Source of the DNA: Psilocybe cubensis | Lineage: Eukaryota | Assembly: GCA_017499595.2 (NCBI GenBank) | Contig: JAFIQS020000014.1 | Location: 186,001-250,000 of the forward strand | Length of the DNA stretch: 64,000 nt | Reading direction: 5' to 3' | The notes under the pieces: generated by a model | What the model was told of the DNA's origin: nothing | Seen by the model: only the letters and a program-made list of their open reading frames with translations | The model's database searches: none | Translations under genes and position numbers: made by a program | In this document: positions 22,906-35,004 of the stretch, in pieces | Layout: the number at the start of each line of letters is the position of its first letter | How positions within the stretch are numbered: position 1 is the first letter of the stretch

Positions 22906-24742
22906 CCCATTGGCATCTTGGCATCTCTCAAATTGAACCATCGCTTTTCCTGGTCATGAAATTTAGTTAAAACACATTAGCACACCGAACAAGGGTAGAA
23001 TTTTGAGCATTATGTATGTGCTTACCAGAATACACGGAGTAGTTTTTGGCCCTTTTAATATGCGCTGGTTCTGAAAACACATCATAAATTGATCCTCTGG
23101 CAATTAGATGACGCCTGAACAGTAAGATATCGATGCGATCGTCCAGTAAATCCACCACAAAGGAATCAGAAATGTTGTATAATATTACTTCGCCCTTGTT
23201 TGGAGTAACTCTCGCGAGTAGAGCAACAGTCTGCGAGTCCACCAAGACATCGCGAAAAATTAGCGAACGGAGCACGAAGTAGTTCTTGGAAGTAAATATG
23301 CTGAGCAGCGGAATGGACCATATAATTCCAGTATGGCTGTCCGTTTGCACATTTAATACCAAAGTATAAACTTCTTTCCCCATACATATAAGTTGCAATT
23401 TTGATTAAACTCAACTACATACCTTGGTGTCCCGGTTATAGAGAAATGGTTTCCGAGCATAGAAGAAATTATCCCGATCATTGTCTTTGTATGCCCTTGA
23501 GTTTGAATGGGAGCTGCACACATAAGGGTATGCTACCCGTACATAAAAAATTCAGTACCATAGTCTGTGGCCCTCTCCGCATGTATCTTAATTTTTGTCC
23601 GAAGATATAGAGTTGTCCAGAAGAACATTATGCATGCCGTCCATGCCGTAGAGGCGTGGGAACTCGACTTTGGTCCCGCTTTGCAGTGGATTGCTACTTG
23701 TGAAGACAGTAGGATGGTCGTCACACGATTATAAAATTAATTAGGAGCATAAGTTCATACATTAAAATAACATAAGACTACATATAGGCTATTCCAATGC
23801 AATTTTCTGTCTTCAACCTCAACGTTAGGCCTTTTTAAGCCTTAGCACGCTGTCTGGGAGTGGCCAAAGCACTTGTATCACATTATGAAGACAACCTACT
23901 TATGCAATCAGCATTCACAGTAGGATATTTACTTCTTGTATAAATGTGAATCTTTTTAAATGTTCAATCAGCGTGTGTCGACAGGCATACATGCAATGAA
24001 CTGTAATTTGTGTCCTTATTTGCCAAGATTTGCCGATTCTCACAATGTCTAGGCATGCACGGCATCGACAGAATGCCGAAAAATGACTATATATCTTCGG
24101 GATGAAGAAAGGTAAGAATAATCATACGAGGAACCTTCAGATATAAGTGAGGGAACAAAATATGTATAAGAGGGAGTGTTTGCTCTATGTAAGGGATTGT
24201 GATTTGTATATGTGGGCACCAAAACTATATGTATGGTACTGAAAATTGTATCTGAGGGTGTAACCTATGAATGTATGGATACTGGATTTATATGTTCGGA
24301 AACCACCTTTCTCTATACTTGACACCAGATTATGTATATGGACTTGTGCATAATTGCGACTTCTATGTATGGGAAAAAAAGTTTATAGATTGGTATTAAA
24401 TGTGCAAACGGACAGCCATATTCCAGAGGGTAAAGCCAAGTCATGGCCGCTGTCAAACGCCGCGTGGTCCTTGCATACGCGCCACCGCACCTCGCTCTTC
24501 AGGTTCGGCATGTCCTTGAAGTAGAGAAATCCTCGTATGCCTTCGGGAAATGGTAAGTCCAACATTGTACTCTGATACCGTAAGTTTAACGGAAGCGTCT
24601 TGGATTGCGACGTAGACACTTGGAACTTGGGCAACAAGTACCCCGAGATATCGTATACGGGCTGTTCCATTATAACCAAACGGCGTGGGTGCAGTGTCCG
24701 CAGTTCGCGCGGTGGAGAGGCCAAAGGGCGTGTCCTCTTCAT
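22906..24742 (-). pseudogene. Agaricomycete hypothetical-protein gene (FP..RGFLY…VRWRV…GHDL.LPSG..WSIPL type) disrupted by transposon insertions
   Basis: ORF 24383..24742 and ORF 22967..23398 join in frame (…HDLALPSGIIWSIPLLS…) once 23332-24420 and one TSD are removed; the 3' part appears cut by the nested cluster at 22905. Confidence 0.75.
23332..24420. mobile_element. 1089-bp non-autonomous DNA transposon, TATGGCTG termini, 6-bp TSD TTCCAG
   Basis: 31-bp perfect TIR tatggctgtccgtttgcacatttaataccaa, decaying out to ~140 bp; TSD at 23326-23331 and 24421-24426. Confidence 0.95.
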
Positions 24743-26122
24743 TTCATGAGTGGCGCGTTAGATGTGGAGATGAGCGACAAGAACTCAAGGTTATGCACTG
24801 CTACTGTTCCTGTATATCTCAAGCCCCAGCGCTTGCCCATAATTCTTTGCAAGCATAACATACGGAACTGTGGTATTGATTGTGTTATATTGAGGGGCCA
24901 GTGTTGGAGGATTGATGTTCTTAGCGGTATTGAGAACATTTCTGACTACGGGCAAGGTATATCTTTGCAGTGTGAATATATCGTTGTTGTGAGAGTTGGA
25001 GATTAGTTGACGTTCGAAATCAACGCTGATTGTGTTTGGTAACATCATTTCACCCAAATAGTAACACTTTAAAAGCCCGACTTTTTCCGATTGTAGCTTT
25101 CCTGGAACTTCTTCTGGACATCAGACTTTTAATTGAAACATATTTTGTCATATTTCCCACTTCTAAAACTTTACGATTACTATAGTACACAAATACACAG
25201 ACTAGATAGTCTGAAAGCTTGGTCAGGAGTTTTTTGTCCTTGATCTATTTCACTGGTCAGTACTTCAGTGGTTAAATCTCCGCTCTGTAATGCCGCTCAG
25301 GCTGCGAATTTTTAAGTTTCAAAATCAGATTGTTGCAATTGCATTCTTTGGAAATCAATCATAAATACACAGTTGAAATAATATCATGGAGTGCTCAATG
25401 AAAAGGAACCTCCACCATCAGACAGAGTGTAGTGGCTGAAAGTAGAGAGGTTTACGAGTCTTTACGTAAGTAAAGATGAGTTCTTTTATCCCCACAACCC
25501 AGCGAGCAAAAATGTCCTCGCCAATTGTCCCCATCAAAATATTATTGATGCGATCAATGTCGTTACCGCTATCGGTATTTTCCTTAAGCGGTCACCGGAC
25601 CCCCTAAGCAACCCCTTTCCAATTCATTCTACGACTTCTTTTTACCATTGGTTACTTTAAAGGTTGTTTTTGATTTGTTTTGATCGCAATGTGAATGTGC
25701 GTTTCCATAAAATTAATTATACCCAACAACAATAGTCCTACTCAATTCACTTTTTTGCGTTGTTGTTTAATTTTTAAAACCATGTGGAACCGTCTAGCCA
25801 ACGTGCTTATATATTGTACTAATACTTAGAGATGGAACAAATGCACTCTTTGAACTATGGGTCTGAAAGGTTGGAAATAGAACTGTGCAGGCACACACGT
25901 TCCTTGATATTGGTAGCTTCATCAATCAGAGTTCAAATAGAAATAATTACGCGTTCTTGGGTTCTGGGCGTTCTGTACTATTTGAATTTGATTTTCTGAT
26001 TCATGATCGTTTTTCACGCATACCAATTTGTTCTTCCCCTACGTCGGGCGTCTATCGGCTTACGGTTAATATATTTATTGACGTAGTATAGACAATGCAC
26101 TTTTCTCCGCACTGTTTTACCC

Positions 26123-26470
26123 ATGGCTTCCGCGTTATCCCCCCGTTTCCAACAGTATGTTCACTGTTTTATCTCATTTGGTTATTACTTATTTTTTAGA
26201 GTCTTTCCGCCTCCCATGGACGATGTGTACATGGATCAGATGGATCTGAAAACCCTCTACCGTTTCTCTTGGACTTGCAAGGAGCTAAACGACCGCGTTT
26301 CAGGCTATATGTGCCGCGCCTTCCGTCCCAAAAATTTATTTGCTCCTATCTTCAAACCCAATGAACATTTGCTGTTTCGTCTTCTCCAGTTCAAGACTGG
26401 CCTGGTTATTTCAGGTTCCACCGTTTTGCATTTTACTTGTTTTAGTGGTCCAACGCAAAGCGTGGCATGA
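26123..26470 (+). pseudogene. Truncated F-box-like hypothetical gene fragment (left arm copy)
   Basis: MDLKTLYRFSWTCKEL…RAF…LF…FRLLQFKTGLVISGSTVLHF resembles the N-terminus of a basidiomycete TGxxISGS family; ends abruptly. Confidence 0.5.
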
Positions 26471-28112
26471 CAAGACTTTACATCTCACAATTGTATAAAA
26501 TATTTTTTAATCTAGATTTATATAACATAGTTAATATATATTAATATTTTCTGAATGCACAGCCAGATACTGGGCAAGGTTATGATTAATTACTATGACT
26601 TAGGTCTACTACAAGCTTAGTTGTGTCAGACACAAAAAATAGCTGCACAGGTTATAAGGCCTAATTGTAAGGAAGAACTTGTCTATTATAATTTTCATAC
26701 CTGCTAAATATTAAAGAATTCCAGATCTGCTGGGAGAATCCCGTATGGAAAACTGATGGAAGAATGCTCATGTGTATGGCTGCCCAAGTGGGGACATATT
26801 TCCCATAAATATAATTTTTTTATTTTTGAAAAGTGCATCAAGAGTGAAACAATATTGTGTGCAAAAACATTTGTTTGGTGCGCATATTTCTTTTTGGCAT
26901 AGTTTGATGTTGCTGTGAACACAATTGGCTGTGTGGAAACATATTTCAAGCATAATTTGCAAGTGTTAGTGCATTATTTCTTCCCCAAAATACATTCAAT
27001 GCATGGAAAACATTATTCAAAATGACCATCTCTTGACCAAAGTGGCCAGTGCTCAATGCAAATTGAGTGTAGTGACCGTGGGAATATCCTGCGTACAGTG
27101 TGCGCAGGATATTCCCACGACCTGCTTATTAATTCACGGCCAGTACAAACACCACAGCAAGTAAAATATAATAAGATCATCTAAACTAGGACTGAAAATA
27201 ATTATTATTGCCAAAAATACTTGTATTTTACCTAAAGTATATGCTATAGTGTATGCAAGTTATTCTCACGGTTGCCGCACTTTGCATTGAGCAACTTGAA
27301 CTTCTCTGGTAATTCCTAATATATTACTGAGATGCATTGCATATACTTTAGGTAAAATACAAGTATTTTTGGCAATAATAATTATTTTCAGTCCTAGTTT
27401 AGATGATCTTATTATATTTTACTTGCTGTGGTGTTTGTACTGGCCGTGAATTAATAAGCAGGTCGTGGGAATATCCTGCGCACACTGTACGCAGGATATT
27501 CCCACGGTCACTACACTCAATTTGCATTGAGCACTGGCCACTTTGGTCAAGAGATGGTCATTTTGAATAATGTTTTCCATGCATTGAATGTATTTTGGGG
27601 AAGAAATAATGCACTAACACTTGCAAATTATGCTTGAAATATGTTTCCACACAGCCAATTGTGTTCACAGCAACATCAAACTATGCCAAAAAGAAATATG
27701 CGCACCAAACAAATGTTTTTGCACACAATATTGTTTCACTCTTGATGCACTTTTCAAAAATAAAAAAATTATATTTATGGGAAATATGTCCCCACTTGGG
27801 CAGCCATACACATGAGCATTCTTCCATCAGTTTTCCATACGGGATTCTCCCAGCAGATCTGGAATTCTTTAATATTTAGCAGGTATGAAAATTATAATAG
27901 ACAAGTTCTTCCTTACAATTAGGCCTTATAACCTGTGCAGCTATTTTTTGTGTCTGACACAACTAAGCTTGTAGTAGACCTAAGTCATAGTAATTAATCA
28001 TAACCTTGCCCAGTATCTGGCTGTGCATTCAGAAAATATTAATATATATTAACTATGTTATATAAATCTAGATTAAAAAATATTTTATACAATTGTGAGA
28101 TGTAAAGTCTTG

Positions 28113-28460
28113 TCATGCCACGCTTTGCGTTGGACCACTAAAACAAGTAAAATGCAAAACGGTGGAACCTGAAATAACCAGGCCAGTCTTGAACTGGAGA
28201 AGACGAAACAGCAAATGTTCATTGGGTTTGAAGATAGGAGCAAATAAATTTTTGGGACGGAAGGCGCGGCACATATAGCCTGAAACGCGGTCGTTTAGCT
28301 CCTTGCAAGTCCAAGAGAAACGGTAGAGGGTTTTCAGATCCATCTGATCCATGTACACATCGTCCATGGGAGGCGGAAAGACTCTAAAAAATAAGTAATA
28401 ACCAAATGAGATAAAACAGTGAACATACTGTTGGAAACGGGGGGATAACGCGGAAGCCAT
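28113..28460 (-). pseudogene. Truncated F-box-like hypothetical gene fragment (right arm copy)
   Basis: Identical translation to 26123..26470. Confidence 0.5.
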
Positions 28461-29303
28461 GGGTAAAACAGTGCGGAGAAAAGTGCATTGTCTATACTAC
28501 GTCAATAAATATATTAACCGTAAGCCGATAGACGCCCGACGTAGGGGAAGAACAAATTGGTATGCGTGAAAAACGATCATGAATCAGAAAATCAAATTCA
28601 AATAGTACAGAACGCCCAGAACCCAAGAACGCGTAATTATTTCTATTTGAACTCTGATTGATGAAGCTACCAATATCAAGGAACGTGTGTGCCTGCACAG
28701 TTCTATTTCCAACCTTTCAGACCCATAGTTCAAAGAGTGCATTTGTTCCATCTCTAAGTATTAGTACAATATATAAGCACGTTGGCTAGACGGTTCCACA
28801 TGGTTTTAAAAATTAAACAACAACGCAAAAAAGTGAATTGAGTAGGACTATTGTTGTTGGGTATAATTAATTTTATGGAAACGCACATTCACATTGCGAT
28901 CAAAACAAATCAAAAACAACCTTTAAAGTAACCAATGGTAAAAAGAAGTCGTAGAATGAATTGGAAAGGGGTTGCTTAGGGGGTCCGGTGACCGCTTAAG
29001 GAAAATACCGATAGCGGTAACGACATTGATCGCATCAATAATATTTTGATGGGGACAATTGGCGAGGACATTTTTGCTCGCTGGGTTGTGGGGATAAAAG
29101 AACTCATCTTTACTTACGTAAAGACTCGTAATTTGCGTGCTTGTGGACGTGTTGGCTCCAAATGTTCAATGCTGGCTTTACTGATCACGTAAAATATGTT
29201 CCTGTCTAAGTACATGATACAGTGGGTATGTCAAGAGTATACTAGGTTCCTCAGCCGTCTGAAAGTCATTCTTCCTTAACACTTATATTTATCCTAGATG
29301 GAA

Positions 29304-31461
29304 TTACATTTTACAGCTCCATCTCGTGTTCGACTTTCCAAAAATAGCATCAAAGTAGCGCCCAAGCGTCTCCGGTCCTGCTACCCGTGCCCCTACTACC
29401 CCATCTGGGCGAATAACAAAAGACCCACTCAATCCCCCTGGCCCTTTGTAGGCATTGTATGCATGTCCATCACTGTCTTCAAATGTAATACAATCCGCAG
29501 GTATCCTGGCTCCTGATCCGGGCATTGTAATCAGTATTGAGCGAACCAGTGTCTCGTCATACATCCTAAGGGCAGAGATGATGTTTTCGCTGTCGGCGGT
29601 CCGGTCAGCGAATGTTAACACCGTATGTTTTGTTGCGTCAAAGATCTTGAACAGTCTCGTGGAAGGGCCCCTTCTATATCCATCCACCACCCTATATAAT
29701 CCGGTTGCGTCTGGTGCACGGTCTCCAGGAAGCACATAACCTTCAGGTCGAATTGTGTACGATGAATCATCCTCAGGGAGAGGCCCTGTTGCTACGGTAT
29801 CACCGTCGCTTAGCACGATCGGACTTCCCCTGTAATTGACACCAAGTTGATGCACGTCTCCAGTCCTATTCCAACCTTTTTCGTTGCTTGAATCCTCCTC
29901 CATTTGTTTCCATAGCTTGGTAGTTATATTGAGCATCTCCGAGACGACGGGATAACGCTCTGAGTTGAAAGTCTCAAGAAGCGTAGGAGGCGCTAATCCT
30001 TTAGCAACAAGAGCGAGTTTCCATCCCAGGTTATACGAGTCTTGAACTCCAGTGTTCATACCCTACCGAATACGCTTTAGTTTTAGAAATAGCTTTGCGG
30101 ATGTCTTACCTGTCCACCAGCTGGGCTGTGTACATGGCCTGCATCTTCATTGGATTATCAGGGTGGTAAGGTAAACGATAAAATTAGTAGCTTACCTCCG
30201 GTGACCAGAATTCGACCTTTCTGAAACGTATCGACCATCCGTACGCTGATCCTGAGTTATTGATAAGTCACATCCGGAGAATATGAGTGCATTTGGTACG
30301 TCAGGCGGTACGATTACCTGTAAGGGGATATCCATAAAAATTTGTCAATATGAATATCTTGTAGAGTCCCTGTATGCGCTTTGAAGTACGCCTTCAACGA
30401 TTCTTCGTTTGTATATATCTCTTCCGATCCTGTAAAATGTCTTCCTCCAATCATAAAGCTCCAAACTCCGGCTACATCTGTAGGTCGTAGAATATTACTA
30501 ATGTCCGTAGTCGTGTTAGGTTACGTTCGTCCTCATAAATAATACTTACAGGATGTTGGAAATATCCCCCCAGAGATGCCAATGCTGCAAAACATGCACG
30601 AGATATTTAAAACAGATTTTGCATAGAGCGTAAGGCACTTACGTGTGTCAATGGAGTCTTTATGGTGATATCTCCCAGCACAAACGCTAAATCTGTCGTC
30701 TGTCCCACAAAGGACATCCCGGCTTGTTTCCGAACCACACCTCTCGCCCCATCTGCGCCAACAACCCAATTATATGATGTTTTCTCAACATGAACTGATT
30801 GATCGGGTTTGTGGTGTAGTATCTTGACGTGAACTTTATCGTCATCCTGAGTTAATGCTTGAAGCTCAGCGCCCAGCTCAACAAAGCAACCGAGCTTCTC
30901 AAGCTCAGAGCGTAGGACGCGATCTAAGCCATCCTGACCAAACATAACGAAATTCGCCTACAAATAATTGAATGCCCTTCAAATTGATATTAATTCGAAA
31001 AATTTGAACGTTTCTACTCACATAGGGCTTATCAGGGGTTGAGTCTAACTTGGGAGACATGTTGAACTCCCTCAGGATCTCCACGCCCTCTGGCATTTTA
31101 TAAGCGCGAACCGTTGGCACATCAATACCTCGCTTGATGATTTCGTCTACAAACCCAAGAGATTCAAATACTTCCAATGTTCGAGGCTATACAACAAATT
31201 CATCAAAATCTATGAGCTGAATAGTTCAAATTAAAATGACACGCACGGTTATCCCAGCACCCCGTTGTCCCAATCTATTCTTCATGCTTTTCTCAATGAT
31301 ACGCACCGGAACACCATGGCGCATTAATGATAATGCAAGTATCAGACCTGAAGGTCCAGCTCCGACCTAGCGACATGAACTCAGTGGCGAAGACTGTTCA
31401 AGGAGAGACTGCTCACCACCAAAATCTGAGCGTCGGCATTTGGAGATCGTGTAGGGCTCAT
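29304..31461 (-). CDS. FAD-dependent monooxygenase (FAD_binding_3, aromatic hydroxylase type), multi-exon
   Basis: GAGPSGL, PRTLEVF, VVGADGARGVVRK, DAGHVHSPAGGQ/GMNTGVQDSYNLGWKL, GDRAPDA, VIRPDG. Confidence 0.93.
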
Positions 31462-32307
31462 ACGTAACTTGTCTGTGTCGGAACACCTGCAGTGGATCCA
31501 AGTTGAAAGAAGTACTTGGATGTCGTTATAAAGTCAGTACCACGTCAATCGATAGTCGAACTTGGAAGCTCACATGGTTCGGCATCCCAAGGAAAATAGT
31601 GAAAAATAGGGGGACCCCGTGGCAACTGCGGCTCATTGGCAATCATGCGGCTCAGGGGTGCTATAAATAGTTGCGATATCCTGGTCAAGTTCAACAAATT
31701 AGCCCAAATAACGTAACGAACTTCAAAGTGCCATGGTGTCTGACAAAGTAGGGGGCATTAGGAGCCGGTCAGCACTTTTAATTCTCTGCATTGCGTCGCA
31801 GGCTAAAATGGGTTCTTGGATAGAGCGAAGAGTTTACAACACCTTATTATCTCTGTAAGTGAGTGCAATATGGTATCTCAAATTTCACTTCTCAACTCCA
31901 CATTCATGAACTTTCAAGTTATGGAAAGCAAGAGCGTTACGCTCCCAAGACAGACACCAAACAGCATCCGGATTACATCGTGTTCGTCGCTCAGGTCGGA
32001 CATTACTAGGAGAATAAAATATCAGTTTGGTTCGCTAATATAGAAAGATTCCAATCCATGCCCACCGCATCGGTTTTTTGCCCTGAGTACACCACCCAAT
32101 CTCAAATCCAAAAGCCACGCATGACGTCAAAATAAGGTCTGTCTGAGCCAGTTTAGCAACAGCGCCGTGTGTTAATTCAGTACTCTATTTTGAATACCAT
32201 ACTTAAAGACAGACTCACAAGGTATCTTCTCTTGTCAGCGTGTTCCTTCCCAGGTCTACTTTATACCTCCACCGTTTCCATCTATTCAATCACCCCCAGA
32301 CCTGGAA

Positions 32308-34103
32308 ATGGGATCTATATTACACATTTTTTTCCTACCGCAAACTATCGCGGTCTCCGCGTTCTGTATAACGCTCCTCGCATTCATACATTACCGAGTG
32401 ACTCGCTCCAACCACCGGCTTCCACTCCCACCTGGTCCCCGTGGGAGCATTCTCTTCGGTAACTCTATCCCGGCGTCGTTGTAAGTCTACCCACCCATTG
32501 CTCCCATAACGAGATCTAACCGCATTGAATTCGCCTCACTATACAGCTCGCATTTACATTTTGACAATTTGACGCAGCGATATGGGCCAGTCTTCACCCT
32601 CCGCCAAGGGTTCAATACGATAGTCGTGGTGGGACGACTGAAAGCAGCGGTCGACATCATGGAGAAAGAGGGCTCTGCAACAGTCGACCGACCACGCAGT
32701 ATCGCAGCTGGCGAGACACTCTCTGGGGGGATGAGGATGGTTATGACGCCTATTGGCGAGCAGTTCCGCAAGTTACGCAGGTGCGTTGATGATAATTGAC
32801 CAGGAAAACACAATTGTGAAGAAATTGATCGGTAATGCGGGTGGATGCTCAGAGCGATGCATTCGCATCTCCGTCCACAGGTAGTTCCAGATTACACGCC
32901 CATTCTAGCGCGTAACGCAAAGCGGCATCTCATTGACATTATCAATGACCCTTTCAACCACCAGGGCCATGCTAAACGGTAAGTTAAGCCGACCCGCAAA
33001 ACCTACGTTTCCCTCTGATAATATCTTGATAACAAACGCAGATATGCCGCCTCTGTCGTGATGGAAATTGCCTACGGAAAACAGCCTAAGCTATACACCG
33101 ACCCAGAGATCTTAGCTATCAACGAATGTTCTAGGAGATTAGGCTTGAACTTGCGACCCGGAATGTGGATGGTCGATGCGTATCCCCTTTTAAGGCACGT
33201 TGTTATAATACTCAATGTCCCGTTCGGAGTGCTCACTATTTGAGGACATGTATACAGATATATTCCGGGATACTTGAAAGAGCTACAGGATGCCCATATT
33301 GACGAGCTGGCGCTGTTTAAACGACTTCTGTATGAAGTCAAAACAAAAATGGTCAGTACACCTACAGTTCAAGTTCAACACTTCCTCCATTTCATGAATT
33401 TCCATCTTCATTAAAAACAGGAATCCAAATCAGATGTGCCTGAATCCTTCAGCAAGTACCTCATTGAACGACAACCTGAGCTCGGGCTATCCGATTCCGA
33501 GATGGCTTATCTCGCCGGGAGCATGTTCGGTGCGGGGTCAGATACGACGGCGTCAGCCATCAGCATCAGCATCATCGCCGCCGCGTGCTATCCCGCAGCG
33601 CAGAATCGTGTGCAGGACGAGCTGGATGCAGTGATTGGCCGAGAAAGAGGTAAGGATTTTGTCCGTTTTGTTTGTCATTGGGATTGAATTGTGATCTAGC
33701 TCCTACGTCCGCCGACCAGGATATGCTCCCACAGACGATGGCGTTTGTGCTGGAGACGTTCAGATGGAGGCCTGTTGCTCCAGGAGGTCAGACCCATTTT
33801 TTGCGTTTACATGACTATTTGATGGAATGTTTTATATTTCCACGCCGTGGACGCGTAGGAATCGCTCATAGAACGACGAGGGATATTATCTGGGTTAGTC
33901 CACCTCACATACATGATAACCTTACATACTCACCTCTCACACAGCAGAATTACCTGATTCCTAAGGGAGTCACAATCATAGGGAACACATGGTATCTCCG
34001 CCGAATTTTTTTACAAACAAAGAACACTTTCTAAGCGTTTTTTAATTGAAGGTCGATCGGGCGAGACACGGATTTTTTCGAAGATCCAGAGTCTTTTAAT
34101 CCT
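32308..34103 (+). pseudogene. Cytochrome P450, truncated before the heme-binding motif
   Basis: PPGP, AGSDTT, ETFRWRP and DPESFNP are present, then similarity to the paralog stops at 34103; no FGxGRRxCPG follows. Confidence 0.85.
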
Positions 34104-35004
34104 ATGTCTCCACTGGCTGAGCTTGATAGTCTTGAAGCTTGAGAACAGGACTCCCGGATATCAAATAAATTCACCCTGAGCACCAAGAAAACCTCAAAAG
34201 GACAAAGATGAAAGACAGCAAAGGTTGCCAGTTGGCGAGATTACAATCCCCTGAATCGGGTCAATGCGGATCATCGGAGTTTAAACACATCAAAGGACTT
34301 CGCGAAATTTGTTGCGAAAACTCCTAGATCCTAACTGGTATCCACACGACTCACACAACGAACGTTCAATGAACGAAATACACTTTCTTCCGAAAATTCA
34401 CTGAAATCCATCTGTACGCAAATGAAAATATCACTTTTGTTTAATTTCGCACCACTCATTCAGTCTCTTCTGCCTCCATCATAACCTCAACACAAACTTC
34501 GAGTTCTGCCTCTACTTATCCATGTTATCTCACTCTCCTCTCCCTCAAAACCTACTCGGCTTAGCACGACGATAGGTACAACATAACACGATCTACGTCG
34601 AGGGTTAGCAGATGCGCCACATGATGGCGTCACACCTCCCTATCCCATAACCCCTATCCCGTCCCGTTGCAGGTGAATAAAATATGGACAAGGGCTTAAA
34701 GAAGAGGTTTCTAAAGTCATCTCCTTTTCCTACTTCACAGCACCAACAATCCCAAGTACCCAAGTAAATCATCCTCAAAAGAATTCGAACTCTGTATCGC
34801 ATTCACAGTCATACACATCGTAGTCACATATCGTAGTCATACCTAGTATCGTATCAAAGTCAAAACAACAGATTTTACAACGTACAGTAAAGTAGCAAAA
34901 AGAAAGTACAAATGGGAGGAGAAAAATCCAGAGCGTGCCATAATAAATCGGAGTTTCAAGCACCCATCGTCCATCCCGGGGCCAACAACACTATGCTCTC
35001 TCAT

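Larger units (their letters stand above)
25452..29131. repeat. Long inverted repeat: 1793-bp arms (25452-27244, 27339-29131) with 94-bp spacer
   Basis: Mirror-identical ORFs (for example 26123..26470+ and 28113..28460-); coordinates sum to 54583; no mismatch seen in the parts compared. Confidence 0.97.

Noticed and set aside
25447-29137. TSD around the large palindrome
   Set aside because: Flanks gaggtt and atttgc do not match, so it is not called a simple transposon insertion
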